NCBI GenBank assembly: GCA_043813075.1
Contig: JBDRLL010000003.1
Location: 125,811 to 189,810 of the forward strand
Direction: 5' to 3'
Length of the DNA stretch: 64,000 nucleotides
Source: Candidatus Altiarchaeota archaeon
GTDB taxonomy: Archaea > Altiarchaeota > Altiarchaeia > IMC4 > SCGC-AAA252-I15
Part shown: in pieces, positions 25,599 to 34,854 of the stretch
How the letters are laid out: each line of letters opens with the position of its first letter
How positions within the stretch are numbered: position 1 is the first letter of the stretch
Position numbers and translations under genes: made by a program
Notes under the pieces: model-generated
Database searches by the model: none
What the model was told of the DNA's origin: nothing
What the model saw: the letters and a program-made list of their open reading frames with translations, nothing else

Positions 25599-26911
25599 TA
25601 GACGCCGAAGCCCATCTTCTTCATCATCCGCTCCATCTTCCGGCCTCCACCCATCCCCTTCATAAGCTTCTTCATCTTCTTGTAGTAGTTCAAAAGGTCG
25701 CGGACGTCTTCTGGCCGCGTCCCGCTGCCGGACGCAATCCTGTCTATGCGGGTGCGCTTGATTGCGGACGGGTCATCCAACTCGTCACCGGTCATTGAGT
25801 CCATGATGACCTGGTACATCACGAGCTTGTCCTCCTGGAGGTCCATAAGCTCCTTGGGTATCTTAGCCTGGAAGGGGAGCATCTCCATCAGCTTGCTCAT
25901 GGAACCCATATTGCCCATCTGCTCCAGCTGCTGGTACAAGTCCCTCAACGTGAACTGGCCCTTCATCATCCTCTTGGCGGACTCCTCGTCGAAGTCGACT
26001 TCCATCGCCTTCTCCAGCAGGCCCTCGATGTCTCCCATACCTAGGAGGCGGGAGACGAACCTCTTGGGGTCAAATGGCTCTATGTCTTCAATGTGCTCGC
26101 CAACACCTATGAAGTAGACTGGCGCATTGGTTTCAGCGCAGGCTGCTAGAGACCCGCCGCCCTTGGCACTGCCGTCAAGCTTTGAGATGATGACCCCGTC
26201 TATGCTGCACGCCTCTGAGAAAGCCTTTGCCTGGTCGCCTGCACCCTGACCGATGGTGCCGTCCAGGACTAGGATGGTCTTGCTAGGTTTGACTTCCCGG
26301 TGTATCCTGTTGATGTCGTCCATAAGCTCCTTGTTGAGCTTGTGCCTGCCCTCCGAGTCTATGATCACGAGCCCCTCATTCTTGAACTGCTTCATACCCT
26401 GGTTGATTATGTTCAACGTGTCTTTCTCATCGTTCTCGCCGTAGAATGGGACGTGTATCTCCTCAGCCAGCTGCTTTAACTGGTCGTATGCCGCCGGACG
26501 GAAGGTGTCAGCGCATATGAGGCGCGGATTCAATCCCTTCTTCTTCACGTGGGACGCGAGTTTTGCGGCGGTAGTCGTCTTACCTGAACCCTGGACGCCA
26601 ACAAGGAGTATTCTGTCGCCGTCCTTCAAATCCAGTTCTACCCCAGCACCAACCAGGTCCACAAGCTCCTCATAGGTTATGCGCACGAGGTTCTCAGTCC
26701 TGTTGAGCATGCCTGGAGGCTTCTCCAGCAGGCCGCGCTCCTCAATCCTCTTCGACAAGTCAAGGACCAGCTTAACGTTCACGTCAGCGGATAACAGCGC
26801 CTTCTGTATCTCCTTAGTATACTCTCTGATGGTCTTCTTGTCCACCACAACCGCCTTCCTGAGGGTCTTAACCGCACCCTGGAGGCCGTCCTTGAGTTTT
26901 TCGAACGCCAT
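25598..26911 (-). CDS. srp54: Signal recognition particle protein SRP54
   Basis: GVQGSGKTTTAAKLA, DTFRPAA, and a Met-rich M domain with a C-terminal MGGGRKMERMMKKMG. Confidence 0.95.
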   Translation of the reverse strand: MAFEKLKDGLQGAVKTLRKAVVVDKKTIREYTKEIQKALLSADVNVKLVLDLSKRIEERGLLEKPPGMLNRTENLVRITYEELVDLVGAGVELDLKDGDRILLVGVQGSGKTTTAAKLASHVKKKGLNPRLICADTFRPAAYDQLKQLAEEIHVPFYGENDEKDTLNIINQGMKQFKNEGLVIIDSEGRHKLNKELMDDINRIHREVKPSKTILVLDGTIGQGAGDQAKAFSEACSIDGVIISKLDGSAKGGGSLAACAETNAPVYFIGVGEHIEDIEPFDPKRFVSRLLGMGDIEGLLEKAMEVDFDEESAKRMMKGQFTLRDLYQQLEQMGNMGSMSKLMEMLPFQAKIPKELMDLQEDKLVMYQVIMDSMTGDELDDPSAIKRTRIDRIASGSGTRPEDVRDLLNYYKKMKKLMKGMGGGRKMERMMKKMGFGV

Positions 26912-26965
26912 TTTACATCCTTGCTAGTGGAGTATTTAGGGTTAAATGGAATATAAGTGGGGTTT

Positions 26966-28237
26966 CTACTTCTCCCATATGTTTATGTTTTCCTTCCTCT
27001 TGGAAAAAGGATTCAACTCCAGTATTAGGGGGGTTATGAAGGCTATTAATGCCATTATGGAGTAGGGGAAGAAGAAGAATATGGCCAGCAGATGCCTCCA
27101 TGTTATCCTAGTCCACCTTAGGATGGATAGTAGGTTATAGGATAGGCCAAGTAGGAATGACGTGAAGCAGAATATGAAGACTGTGGTCATCGGGTACACG
27201 CCAGTGAGTGTGTTGTAGGAGTATTCAACCATCCCGTAGAGGGATATCCACCCGAAGAAATACTTGAGTACGCTGAATGAGAGGTAGTCGCTATATTTAG
27301 CGAAGTATATTATGTATCCGTTGGTTATCTGGTATAGAGAGATTGGAAGTGCTATGAAACCGTGTATGAACCAGTATAGTTGGGTTGGTATCCCGTAGAA
27401 TCCTATTGCCCCGTACTGGGGGTTGAATGGGACGTCCGAATGTTTTTTAACAACCTGTATCGTACCCCTTCCCCAACGGAACCTCTGGCGTAAGAGGGAC
27501 TTTATGTCCTGAGGCACGTGCGTGTACATGACTGCGTCAGCCATCAGCATTCGGTAGCCGGCCTTCCTCAGACGCAGGCCAACCTCGAAATCCTCTGAAA
27601 GCGTATCCCTTGTGAATCCGCCGATCTCTATTAGAGCGCTCTTTCGGAATGCTGTGAATCCTGGAAGCAGGTAAGTGGAGTCCAGCTTATCGCATATGAG
27701 ACGCCATGTCGAGGACATCAAGTACTCCAGGTCCTGGAACCAGACCAGAATGTTGTTGTTTACGATAGCCCTTATGACGCCGGAGACGGCGCCAACACGC
27801 TCGTCTGAGAATGGTGCCACCAGTTTGACCAGGGCGTCCGCGTTGAGCTTCGAGTCCGCGTCGACTACGACCACTATCTCGCCCTTAGCCTCGTTCAGGG
27901 CAGTGTTTATCGCATTTGACTTTCCACCGTGATCTAGGCTGATGAGATTCAGTCGGCTGTCGGAGGACATCACTTGCTTGACTAATGCCGCGGTATCGTC
28001 TGTCGAACCGTCGTCCACCACGATAACCTCCTTGACGCCGTCATAATCGGAGTCCAACGCATTCTGGATGGATTCCCTGATTATACCCGCCTCGTTGTGG
28101 GCTGGGAGTATTACTGAGACTGGGGGGAATATTGGTTCCGCTGGAGCTCTTCTCCGAGGAGTGAAGAAGAGGATTAGCCATGAGGAATATAGCACTATCA
28201 TGAATGAAAACAGCACTAGAAGTATCTCCTCAATCAT
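26966..28237 (-). CDS. Processive family-2 glycosyltransferase (membrane-embedded synthase)
   Basis: LPAHNEAGII, VVDDGSTDDT, DADS, SEDFEVGLRLRKAGY and QRFRWGRG (QxxRW), with N- and C-terminal TM helices. Confidence 0.85.
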   Translation of the reverse strand: MIEEILLVLFSFMIVLYSSWLILFFTPRRRAPAEPIFPPVSVILPAHNEAGIIRESIQNALDSDYDGVKEVIVVDDGSTDDTAALVKQVMSSDSRLNLISLDHGGKSNAINTALNEAKGEIVVVVDADSKLNADALVKLVAPFSDERVGAVSGVIRAIVNNNILVWFQDLEYLMSSTWRLICDKLDSTYLLPGFTAFRKSALIEIGGFTRDTLSEDFEVGLRLRKAGYRMLMADAVMYTHVPQDIKSLLRQRFRWGRGTIQVVKKHSDVPFNPQYGAIGFYGIPTQLYWFIHGFIALPISLYQITNGYIIYFAKYSDYLSFSVLKYFFGWISLYGMVEYSYNTLTGVYPMTTVFIFCFTSFLLGLSYNLLSILRWTRITWRHLLAIFFFFPYSIMALIAFITPLILELNPFSKRKENINIWEK

Positions 28238-28262
28238 GTTCTATTATCGCCTCCAACGCCTA

Positions 28263-28943
28263 TTAATCACAGATGGACAGGTTGCTTGTGCTGCACAGTA
28301 TCTCGGTCATCTGCTCCCTGTCGAGCAGGCTGCAGTGCGCTCTGTCACCGACAACAACACACGGGTACTCTGTCACATTGTATATCCCAAGCAGGACGTT
28401 GACTGAAGGCAGGTCCAGGTCCGCGTCAAAACTGAATACCGCTATCTCAGGGTCTATCTTCTGGTTGAAGTAGTTGAGCACGTAGGACTGCTTGTCGCAG
28501 TCCGGGCAGAATTCGCTCCTACGGTAGAAGTAGAGTATCTCCGTCTGGTTCATGTCGCACTGTTGCTTCATCTCCTTCAGCAGGGACAGGTATATGACTT
28601 CCTGCCGGTTGAACTTCTTCTTCTGGATGTTGTAGTATGGGTCGTTCATATATTCCCTGGTCAGCTCGCGGTAGGAATCTATCTTCTCGCCCATCTTCCA
28701 TATCTTGGTGTCTAAAAGCTTTATGTTGGTCTCCAATGCTATGCAGCTCGCGTTCTCGCCGAAGACGCGCATCATTGTGGTCAACGCCTGCATCTCCTCA
28801 AAATCCTCGAGTATCTCTGCCATGCGCTCGTCCAGAGACTCCTCGCGCATTGAGTTAAGGTAGACGTTCAGCGAATAGACGCTCGCGAATATTATCAGTG
28901 TTATCACAAAAGCCTTCAGGAATATGGACTTGCCTACCTCCAT
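28263..28943 (-). CDS. Membrane-anchored thioredoxin-fold protein with a CPDC active-site motif
   Basis: An N-terminal TM helix and a helical region are followed by ILYFYRRSEFCPDCDKQS...EYPCVVVGD. That segment carries a CxxC motif and a candidate cis-Pro loop. It overlaps the upstream GT2 gene by 10 nt. Confidence 0.55.
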   Translation of the reverse strand: MEVGKSIFLKAFVITLIIFASVYSLNVYLNSMREESLDERMAEILEDFEEMQALTTMMRVFGENASCIALETNIKLLDTKIWKMGEKIDSYRELTREYMNDPYYNIQKKKFNRQEVIYLSLLKEMKQQCDMNQTEILYFYRRSEFCPDCDKQSYVLNYFNQKIDPEIAVFSFDADLDLPSVNVLLGIYNVTEYPCVVVGDRAHCSLLDREQMTEILCSTSNLSICD

Positions 28944-30181
28944 TTTACCTCTTTTCTCGTCAACACGCTGTAGAATGAGTTAAGCCAGAACATCTGGTAG
29001 AACACGAAGAAGAACACGAATCCTATGAAGCCTAGTACATTCTCCCTTATCCTCCTGCCCAGCGTATTGAAGCTAAGTTTGGTGAGTATCACGGTGATGC
29101 ATATCATCGTGAAAGCCATTGTGGTGAATATGTCTATGGACAGTGGATCCAACTCCAAGACGAAGTTGAAGTGGCTTAAGTCGAAGTTCACCAGACTCAG
29201 GTAGTTTATGTTCTTCAGAATCTTTGATGAAAACAGGTAAATGGAGTAGATGAAGAGCATCATGCCCATTGTTATGAGAGAGTAGTTGAATGGCACGTAA
29301 ATGCCGAAGAGCCCCATCTTGCGGTTGAACATCATGTCCTTGTGCTGCCAGACAGTCAGAAGCGATCCGGAATACCACCTCTTCCTCTGCTTGAAGAGGG
29401 ACTTGATGCTGGAGGGGACTATCGTGGACACCGAGGTTGAAAGGCAGAATGACAGCTTATAGCCGGCCTTCTGTATCCTGAAGGCTATCTCAAGGTCTTC
29501 GGTTATGTTCGTCTCGTCAAAGCCGCCCAGCTCTGTGAGAACGCTCTTACGGTATATGCTGAAAGGCCCTGGAGTCACGTGCATTATGTTGAGGAAGGAT
29601 AGTATCTTCAGGGAAATCGACAATCCAACGACGTATTCAACGTCTATAACCTTCTCAAGGAAGTTTTTAGGCTCACGGACGTTAACCCTCACGCTCACAG
29701 AACCCATCTTCGGGTCGCTGAAGTAACCGACCGTCTGTGAGAGTATGTCAGGCTTTACTAGGCTATCCCCGTCCATGCAGGCGATGAGTTCTCCGGAAGC
29801 GCGTCTTATGGCCTCATTTAGGCTGTAGCTTTTACCCTGATTCTCCACCCGATCTATGAATACAATGTTCAGAAACCTGTTTTGGGATATGAATTCCTTG
29901 ACTAGGGCGCTGGTATTGTCAGAAGACCCATCGTTTACCACTATGACCTCATATAAATCCTTCGGGTAGGTTATATTGGATAAGGAAATCAGAGCTGGTA
30001 GTATACCCTCCTCCTCATTGTATGCTGGCAGTATTATGCTTACCTTGGGTTTAGCCTCCTGACACCCCACTTTGGCGAATAACTGCCTCCTCTTCTCGAG
30101 GATTATGAGCAATACAGTCACCACAAAGAAGGTGGACATGAACCAGACGGTGAGGACCATTGTGGAGTAGATTACGTTCAT
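28934..30181 (-). CDS. Processive family-2 glycosyltransferase (second paralog)
   Basis: LPAYNEEEGI, VVNDGSSDNT, DGDS, TEDLEIAFRIQKAGY and KQRKRWYSG, with flanking TM helices. Confidence 0.85.
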   Translation of the reverse strand: MNVIYSTMVLTVWFMSTFFVVTVLLIILEKRRQLFAKVGCQEAKPKVSIILPAYNEEEGILPALISLSNITYPKDLYEVIVVNDGSSDNTSALVKEFISQNRFLNIVFIDRVENQGKSYSLNEAIRRASGELIACMDGDSLVKPDILSQTVGYFSDPKMGSVSVRVNVREPKNFLEKVIDVEYVVGLSISLKILSFLNIMHVTPGPFSIYRKSVLTELGGFDETNITEDLEIAFRIQKAGYKLSFCLSTSVSTIVPSSIKSLFKQRKRWYSGSLLTVWQHKDMMFNRKMGLFGIYVPFNYSLITMGMMLFIYSIYLFSSKILKNINYLSLVNFDLSHFNFVLELDPLSIDIFTTMAFTMICITVILTKLSFNTLGRRIRENVLGFIGFVFFFVFYQMFWLNSFYSVLTRKEVKWR

Positions 30182-30229
30182 CGTAAATCGGCCTTATTAG
30201 ATAGGATACCTCCATTTATATAATACAGT

Positions 30230-30817
30230 ATGGCGTTAAAAGGGCTTAAAACCAGGGAAAACAGGCTGGAACTGCGCAGGCAGTTGGTTCATATGACGGG
30301 GGGAGTGCTTATCAGCATAATGGCCTATCTGATGAAGCCGCTGTTGGGCTGGCTCATCGTATTCCCTGTCCTGGGGGGCCTCGCCTGGTTCCTGTCCGCA
30401 CCAAAGCTCTTCCCCAACCTCAAGGACTCTAATTCCATACTATTCCACTTCGAGCGTGAAGAAGACGTGAGGACACTACCCTACAGGGGGGCGATATACT
30501 TCGGGTTCGGGATGCTTATACCCCTGGCTCTGCTGCCTACAGAACCTGCCTGCGCGGCGATAATAGTATTGAGTGTGGGGGACGCACTATCCACAATAAT
30601 AGGAAGACTCTACGGTAGGGTGAGGATAGGAGGCAAGAGTCTTGAGGGATTCGCGGCCTTCGTGATTTCAAGCTTTATCGCTGCACTAGCATACGTCGAC
30701 CCTAAGACAGCGATCGTTTTCGCAGTGATAGGGGGTGTGGTGGAGTTAATACCGCACGCCAACGACAACATATCAATACCAGCCGCACTGACCCTGGCAT
30801 ACAAGACACTACTTTAA
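30230..30817 (+). CDS. CTP-dependent polyprenol (dolichol) kinase family membrane protein
   Basis: SVGDALSTIIGRLYGRVRIGGKSLEGFAAF matches the cytidylyltransferase/dolichol kinase family signature. The protein is multi-TM. Confidence 0.7.
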   Translation: MALKGLKTRENRLELRRQLVHMTGGVLISIMAYLMKPLLGWLIVFPVLGGLAWFLSAPKLFPNLKDSNSILFHFEREEDVRTLPYRGAIYFGFGMLIPLALLPTEPACAAIIVLSVGDALSTIIGRLYGRVRIGGKSLEGFAAFVISSFIAALAYVDPKTAIVFAVIGGVVELIPHANDNISIPAALTLAYKTLL

Positions 30818-31420
30818 AACGCGCACGCGCCGGCCATCAATCCGGAGCTTACCCTCGACAAACAACTTCACGGCCTCAGGATAGGCCTTATGCTCCTGCT
30901 CTAGTATGCGGGCGGCCAGGGATGCCTCATCATCGCCTTCACGGACTTCAACAACCTTCTGGATTATTATTGGGCCATGGTCTACTTCATCGTCGACGAA
31001 ATGGACTGTGCATCCGGTAACCTTCACCCCGTATTCAAGGGCATCCCTCTGGCCGTGCAGTCCTGGAAATGACGGTAGTAGGGCGGGATGTATGTTTATG
31101 ACACGGTTCTTGAACTCGCGGACAAAATAGGAGGATACTATCCGCATGTAGCCAGCCAACAGCACCAACTCCACGCCACGCTCCCTTAACTCCCGGACAA
31201 TCTCCCTGTCGAAATCATCACGAGAAGCATGGCTGGAGGGGTCTATGAATACCGAGTCTATGCCGTGTTTTCTAGCCCTCTCCTGGGCGTAAGCATCTTT
31301 CTTGTCCACTATGAGGACTACTATGCTGGCATCACGAACGTGGCTGGACTCAACAGCGTCTATCAACGCCTGGAAATTGCTCCCACGACCAGAAGCAAGG
31401 ACACCAATCTTCACAACCAT
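30809..31420 (-). CDS. purN: Phosphoribosylglycinamide formyltransferase
   Basis: VLASGRGSNFQALIDA, NIHPALLPSFPG and VHFVDDEVDHGPII. Confidence 0.9.
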   Translation of the reverse strand: MVVKIGVLASGRGSNFQALIDAVESSHVRDASIVVLIVDKKDAYAQERARKHGIDSVFIDPSSHASRDDFDREIVRELRERGVELVLLAGYMRIVSSYFVREFKNRVINIHPALLPSFPGLHGQRDALEYGVKVTGCTVHFVDDEVDHGPIIIQKVVEVREGDDEASLAARILEQEHKAYPEAVKLFVEGKLRIDGRRVRVLK

Positions 31421-31476
31421 GTTATTGATTAATATTCTATGGAAAAAAATGATGTATCTAAGCTTATGAGGGTGAA

Positions 31477-32709
31477 ATGGACTCTTGGATCTTGTTTTTC
31501 ATAATAATGGGGTCAAGCTTCCTGCTCCCGGAGATAACCCGGAGATTCCACATACCATACGTGACCGCGCTCATGGTGGCAGGCATAATAATAGGCCCGC
31601 GGGGCATGGGAATCATCGAAGTCGACGACACGCTGAGATTCCTCGGGGAGATAGGGGCGGTATTCCTCATGTTCACCGCAGGACTTGACGTGTGGCTCAG
31701 CAGCCTCAAGAAGATCAAGACGAAGATAGTAACAGTCTCCATGCTGAATGGCATAATGCCGTTCATAATCGGATACGCGATAACACAATACCTGGGTTAT
31801 GGCTTCTACCAGTCGCTGGTGATTGGCATACTATTCATATCCTCTTCAGTGGGCATCATAATACCGACGCTAAAGGAAGTCGGACTGATCTCAAAGGATT
31901 TGGGGAAGACGATACTAGCGGCAGTGGTGTTTGAAGACGTTGGAAGCCTCCTCCTGCTCACGCTAGTACTCCAGAAGATAAGCCCTAAAAGCTACCTGCC
32001 GCTCCCCATATTCATAACACTGGTAGTACTGCTGTTATACGTCATGATAAGAATACTACCCAGAATAGAGAAGTACTACCTCAGCCTCTGCCCGACGTGC
32101 ACCGGAGAAGATGACGTGTTCGAGAGGGAACTCCGCTTTGTAGTGATGATACTCGTAGTCACATCCATACTATTCGAAGCACTAGGATTCCACGCGATAA
32201 TAGCAGGCTTCTTCCTTGGCCTCATACTCTCAGACATAATAAAACACCGGCAGGTATTCCACAAGATACATACCATAGGATACGGCCTCTTCATCCCAGT
32301 ATTCTTCCTTGTAATAGGAATGCAGACCAACATCAACGCAATATTAGATTCTAAAAGCCATTTCCTGGTGACATTCGCCATCGTCTCAGGCCTCTTAGCC
32401 AGCAAGGTGCTGAGCGGCGTCTTAGCGGGTTTTATGACCGGATTCGATGCGAAGGATAGCATCGTGATGGGGGTCTCGAGCATACCACAACTCTCCACCA
32501 CAATCGTAACGGCATTCGCAGCCTTCACATACCATGTGATAGACGAAGTCTTACTAGGCAGTGTGATAGTGTTGTCCATAGTGACAAGCTTTCTAGCACC
32601 CATCCTGGTGGGGATAGCATGTCATCCAAAGAGGAGGCTGGTGCGCAAGGGCCTTAGGAGGTACGAGAGGAGGGAGTACATAGACGAGTCTGATGAATTC
32701 ATCGCCTAA
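31477..32709 (+). CDS. Cation:proton antiporter (CPA family, Na+/H+ or K+/H+)
   Basis: About 12 TM helices. N-terminal LPEITRRFHIPYVTALMVAGIIIGP and FLMFTAGLD are typical of the family. No KTN domain is present. Confidence 0.8.
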   Translation: MDSWILFFIIMGSSFLLPEITRRFHIPYVTALMVAGIIIGPRGMGIIEVDDTLRFLGEIGAVFLMFTAGLDVWLSSLKKIKTKIVTVSMLNGIMPFIIGYAITQYLGYGFYQSLVIGILFISSSVGIIIPTLKEVGLISKDLGKTILAAVVFEDVGSLLLLTLVLQKISPKSYLPLPIFITLVVLLLYVMIRILPRIEKYYLSLCPTCTGEDDVFERELRFVVMILVVTSILFEALGFHAIIAGFFLGLILSDIIKHRQVFHKIHTIGYGLFIPVFFLVIGMQTNINAILDSKSHFLVTFAIVSGLLASKVLSGVLAGFMTGFDAKDSIVMGVSSIPQLSTTIVTAFAAFTYHVIDEVLLGSVIVLSIVTSFLAPILVGIACHPKRRLVRKGLRRYERREYIDESDEFIA

Positions 32710-33515
32710 CGCATCACTATCCGCCCAATCAGGTCCAGAGCCTCGCGATTCTCCCTCACGTCATGGACGCGGACCAATTCCACGCCATGGGAGACAAGAT
32801 ACGCGGTAACCGCGACAGTAGCGTTCACCCGCTCGCCCACAGGAAGATCCAGGGTCTTGCCTATGAAAGACTTGCGGGAATGGCCAACCACCAGCGGGTA
32901 ACCGAGGTCCTTGAACTCGTCGATGCGTCGGAGTATCTCGAGGTTGTGTTCGACGGTCTTGCCGAACCCTATGCCAGGGTCAACTAGGATGTTTTTCGCA
33001 TCAACGCCCTTGGATTCCGCATACCCGGCCTGCTTCCCCAAGAAGGCCTTTATTTCGCAGACGACGTCATCGTACTCTGGATTATCCTGCATGCTGCTTG
33101 GGGAACCCTGCATGTGCATGATGCATACGGGGACGCCATGCCCTGCTACGAGTTCGGCCATTCCAGGAGTCCGCAGGCCGTTGACGTCGTTGACCATGCT
33201 GGCGCCAGCATTCAATGCGGCCTTGACGACATCAGGCTTGTATGAGTCTATCGACACGGGAATATCGTATTCACCGGTAATCTCCTTGATGGCAGGGAGG
33301 ACGCGGCCCAACTCTTCCTTAAGACTCAATGATTTCGCGCCAGGACGCGTGCTCTCACCACCAACATCTATTATGTCAGCACCCTCACCGATCATCTTGC
33401 GCGCGTGGCTGAAAGCCTTAGCAGAATCATAATGTTCTCCACCATCACTGAACGAGTCGGGGGTGACATTGAGCACACCCATCAAACGCGTCTTGTCTCC
33501 GAACCTTACCCTCAT
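32706..33515 (-). CDS. folP: Dihydropteroate synthase
   Basis: GVLNVTPDSFSDGG and DVGGESTRPG. The ATG at 33515 overlaps the folC stop (ATGA). The track start at 33536 is a TTG. Confidence 0.9.
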   Translation of the reverse strand: MRVRFGDKTRLMGVLNVTPDSFSDGGEHYDSAKAFSHARKMIGEGADIIDVGGESTRPGAKSLSLKEELGRVLPAIKEITGEYDIPVSIDSYKPDVVKAALNAGASMVNDVNGLRTPGMAELVAGHGVPVCIMHMQGSPSSMQDNPEYDDVVCEIKAFLGKQAGYAESKGVDAKNILVDPGIGFGKTVEHNLEILRRIDEFKDLGYPLVVGHSRKSFIGKTLDLPVGERVNATVAVTAYLVSHGVELVRVHDVRENREALDLIGRIVMR

Positions 33516-34810
33516 AAAACACACTCCCTGAACCAAAACCGCCTGGCCTCCCCAACCAGGTAGATACTCCCCGCCACCAGCACCATATCACCCCTGCCGG
33601 CAAGCCTTAAAGCCTCAACCAAAGCACTCTTAACGGAGGGGAAAGCCTTTGAGTTAGTATACTTACCCGCCTCTCTTGAAATAACACCAGCATCCAAAGC
33701 CCCCGCATAACCAGACTCCACAGCCAACACCATCTCAGACATGCCCGCTATCCGGGGTATCATATCCATGTAGTCCTTAGTCCTGGTGAACCCCAACACA
33801 GTGAAAAGCCGGTCGTATTCAAACGACTCCATCGTCTTTAGCAGCGAGTCGAATCCTGAGGGATTATGAGCTCCGTCAAGAACAGTCAACGGCCTCTTCC
33901 GCACCACCTCCATGCGGCCAGGCCACACAACCTTGCTTAAACCGACTTCAGTGTCGTCGACGTTAACCTCAATCCCAGACGAATCCAATTCTTCCAAGGC
34001 CGCTATAGCTGTCGCCGCATTGACCACCTGGTGGCCGCCCAAAAGCTTTAGCGTTAGGTTGTATGAATTGCGGGCGTCGACGAGCGCATTCTGCGCGTAG
34101 TCTACTATACCAAGGTCCTTGTATTTAACGTCAACACCAACCCTCACAAGACGGGAATTCTTTTCAGCGCAAACAGCCTTGAGAACATCCAGCGGCTCCT
34201 GCTTTGATTCAGCAGTGACTAGACATGTGTTATCAGATAGTATCCCTGACTTCTCCCTTGCGATGTCAGATAAAGCCTGCCCCAGATACTCCATGTGATC
34301 GAAGTCAACGTTCGTGACGACGGAAAGACTCCCAGGAACCGCGTTAGTCGAGTCGAGCCTGCCCCCCATACCAACCTCGAGGACCATCACTTCGACGCCA
34401 GACTCCTCAAGATGCTTAAGACAGACCGCAGTCGTGATTTCAAAGAACGTGGGGGAGCCGGAAGAATACTTCATACCATCGACAAAATCCACGACCTCGG
34501 ACGTTAATGCGGCAAGCCTCTTCCGGCCTATCGGCCTGCCTGACACGAAGACACGGTCAGTGAAATCCATTAGCTCGGGGGAAACATAGAGTCCAGTGTT
34601 CATGTCCTGACCCCTTAAGACCCGCTCCATCATCGCGGACACACTACCCTTCCCGTTGGTGCCTGCCACATGCACTACGACACCTTCATAATCGAACCCC
34701 AACTCGTCCAGAATAAGCTTAGTATGCTCTATGCGAGGCTTGATACCCTGTGACTTGAACGAATTCAGATAGTCCACTGCACCAGCATAATCCACGGAAG
34801 AACACCCCAA
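33512..34810 (-). CDS. folC: Folylpolyglutamate synthase / dihydrofolate synthase
   Basis: VHVAGTNGKGSV P-loop and Mur-ligase-like architecture. The start is non-ATG (TTG 34810 or GTG 34795). Confidence 0.85.
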   Translation of the reverse strand: MGCSSVDYAGAVDYLNSFKSQGIKPRIEHTKLILDELGFDYEGVVVHVAGTNGKGSVSAMMERVLRGQDMNTGLYVSPELMDFTDRVFVSGRPIGRKRLAALTSEVVDFVDGMKYSSGSPTFFEITTAVCLKHLEESGVEVMVLEVGMGGRLDSTNAVPGSLSVVTNVDFDHMEYLGQALSDIAREKSGILSDNTCLVTAESKQEPLDVLKAVCAEKNSRLVRVGVDVKYKDLGIVDYAQNALVDARNSYNLTLKLLGGHQVVNAATAIAALEELDSSGIEVNVDDTEVGLSKVVWPGRMEVVRKRPLTVLDGAHNPSGFDSLLKTMESFEYDRLFTVLGFTRTKDYMDMIPRIAGMSEMVLAVESGYAGALDAGVISREAGKYTNSKAFPSVKSALVEALRLAGRGDMVLVAGSIYLVGEARRFWFRECVL

Positions 34811-34854
34811 TATGATGGTATATAACTAAATACTGTCGTTAATTAACCTAAACC

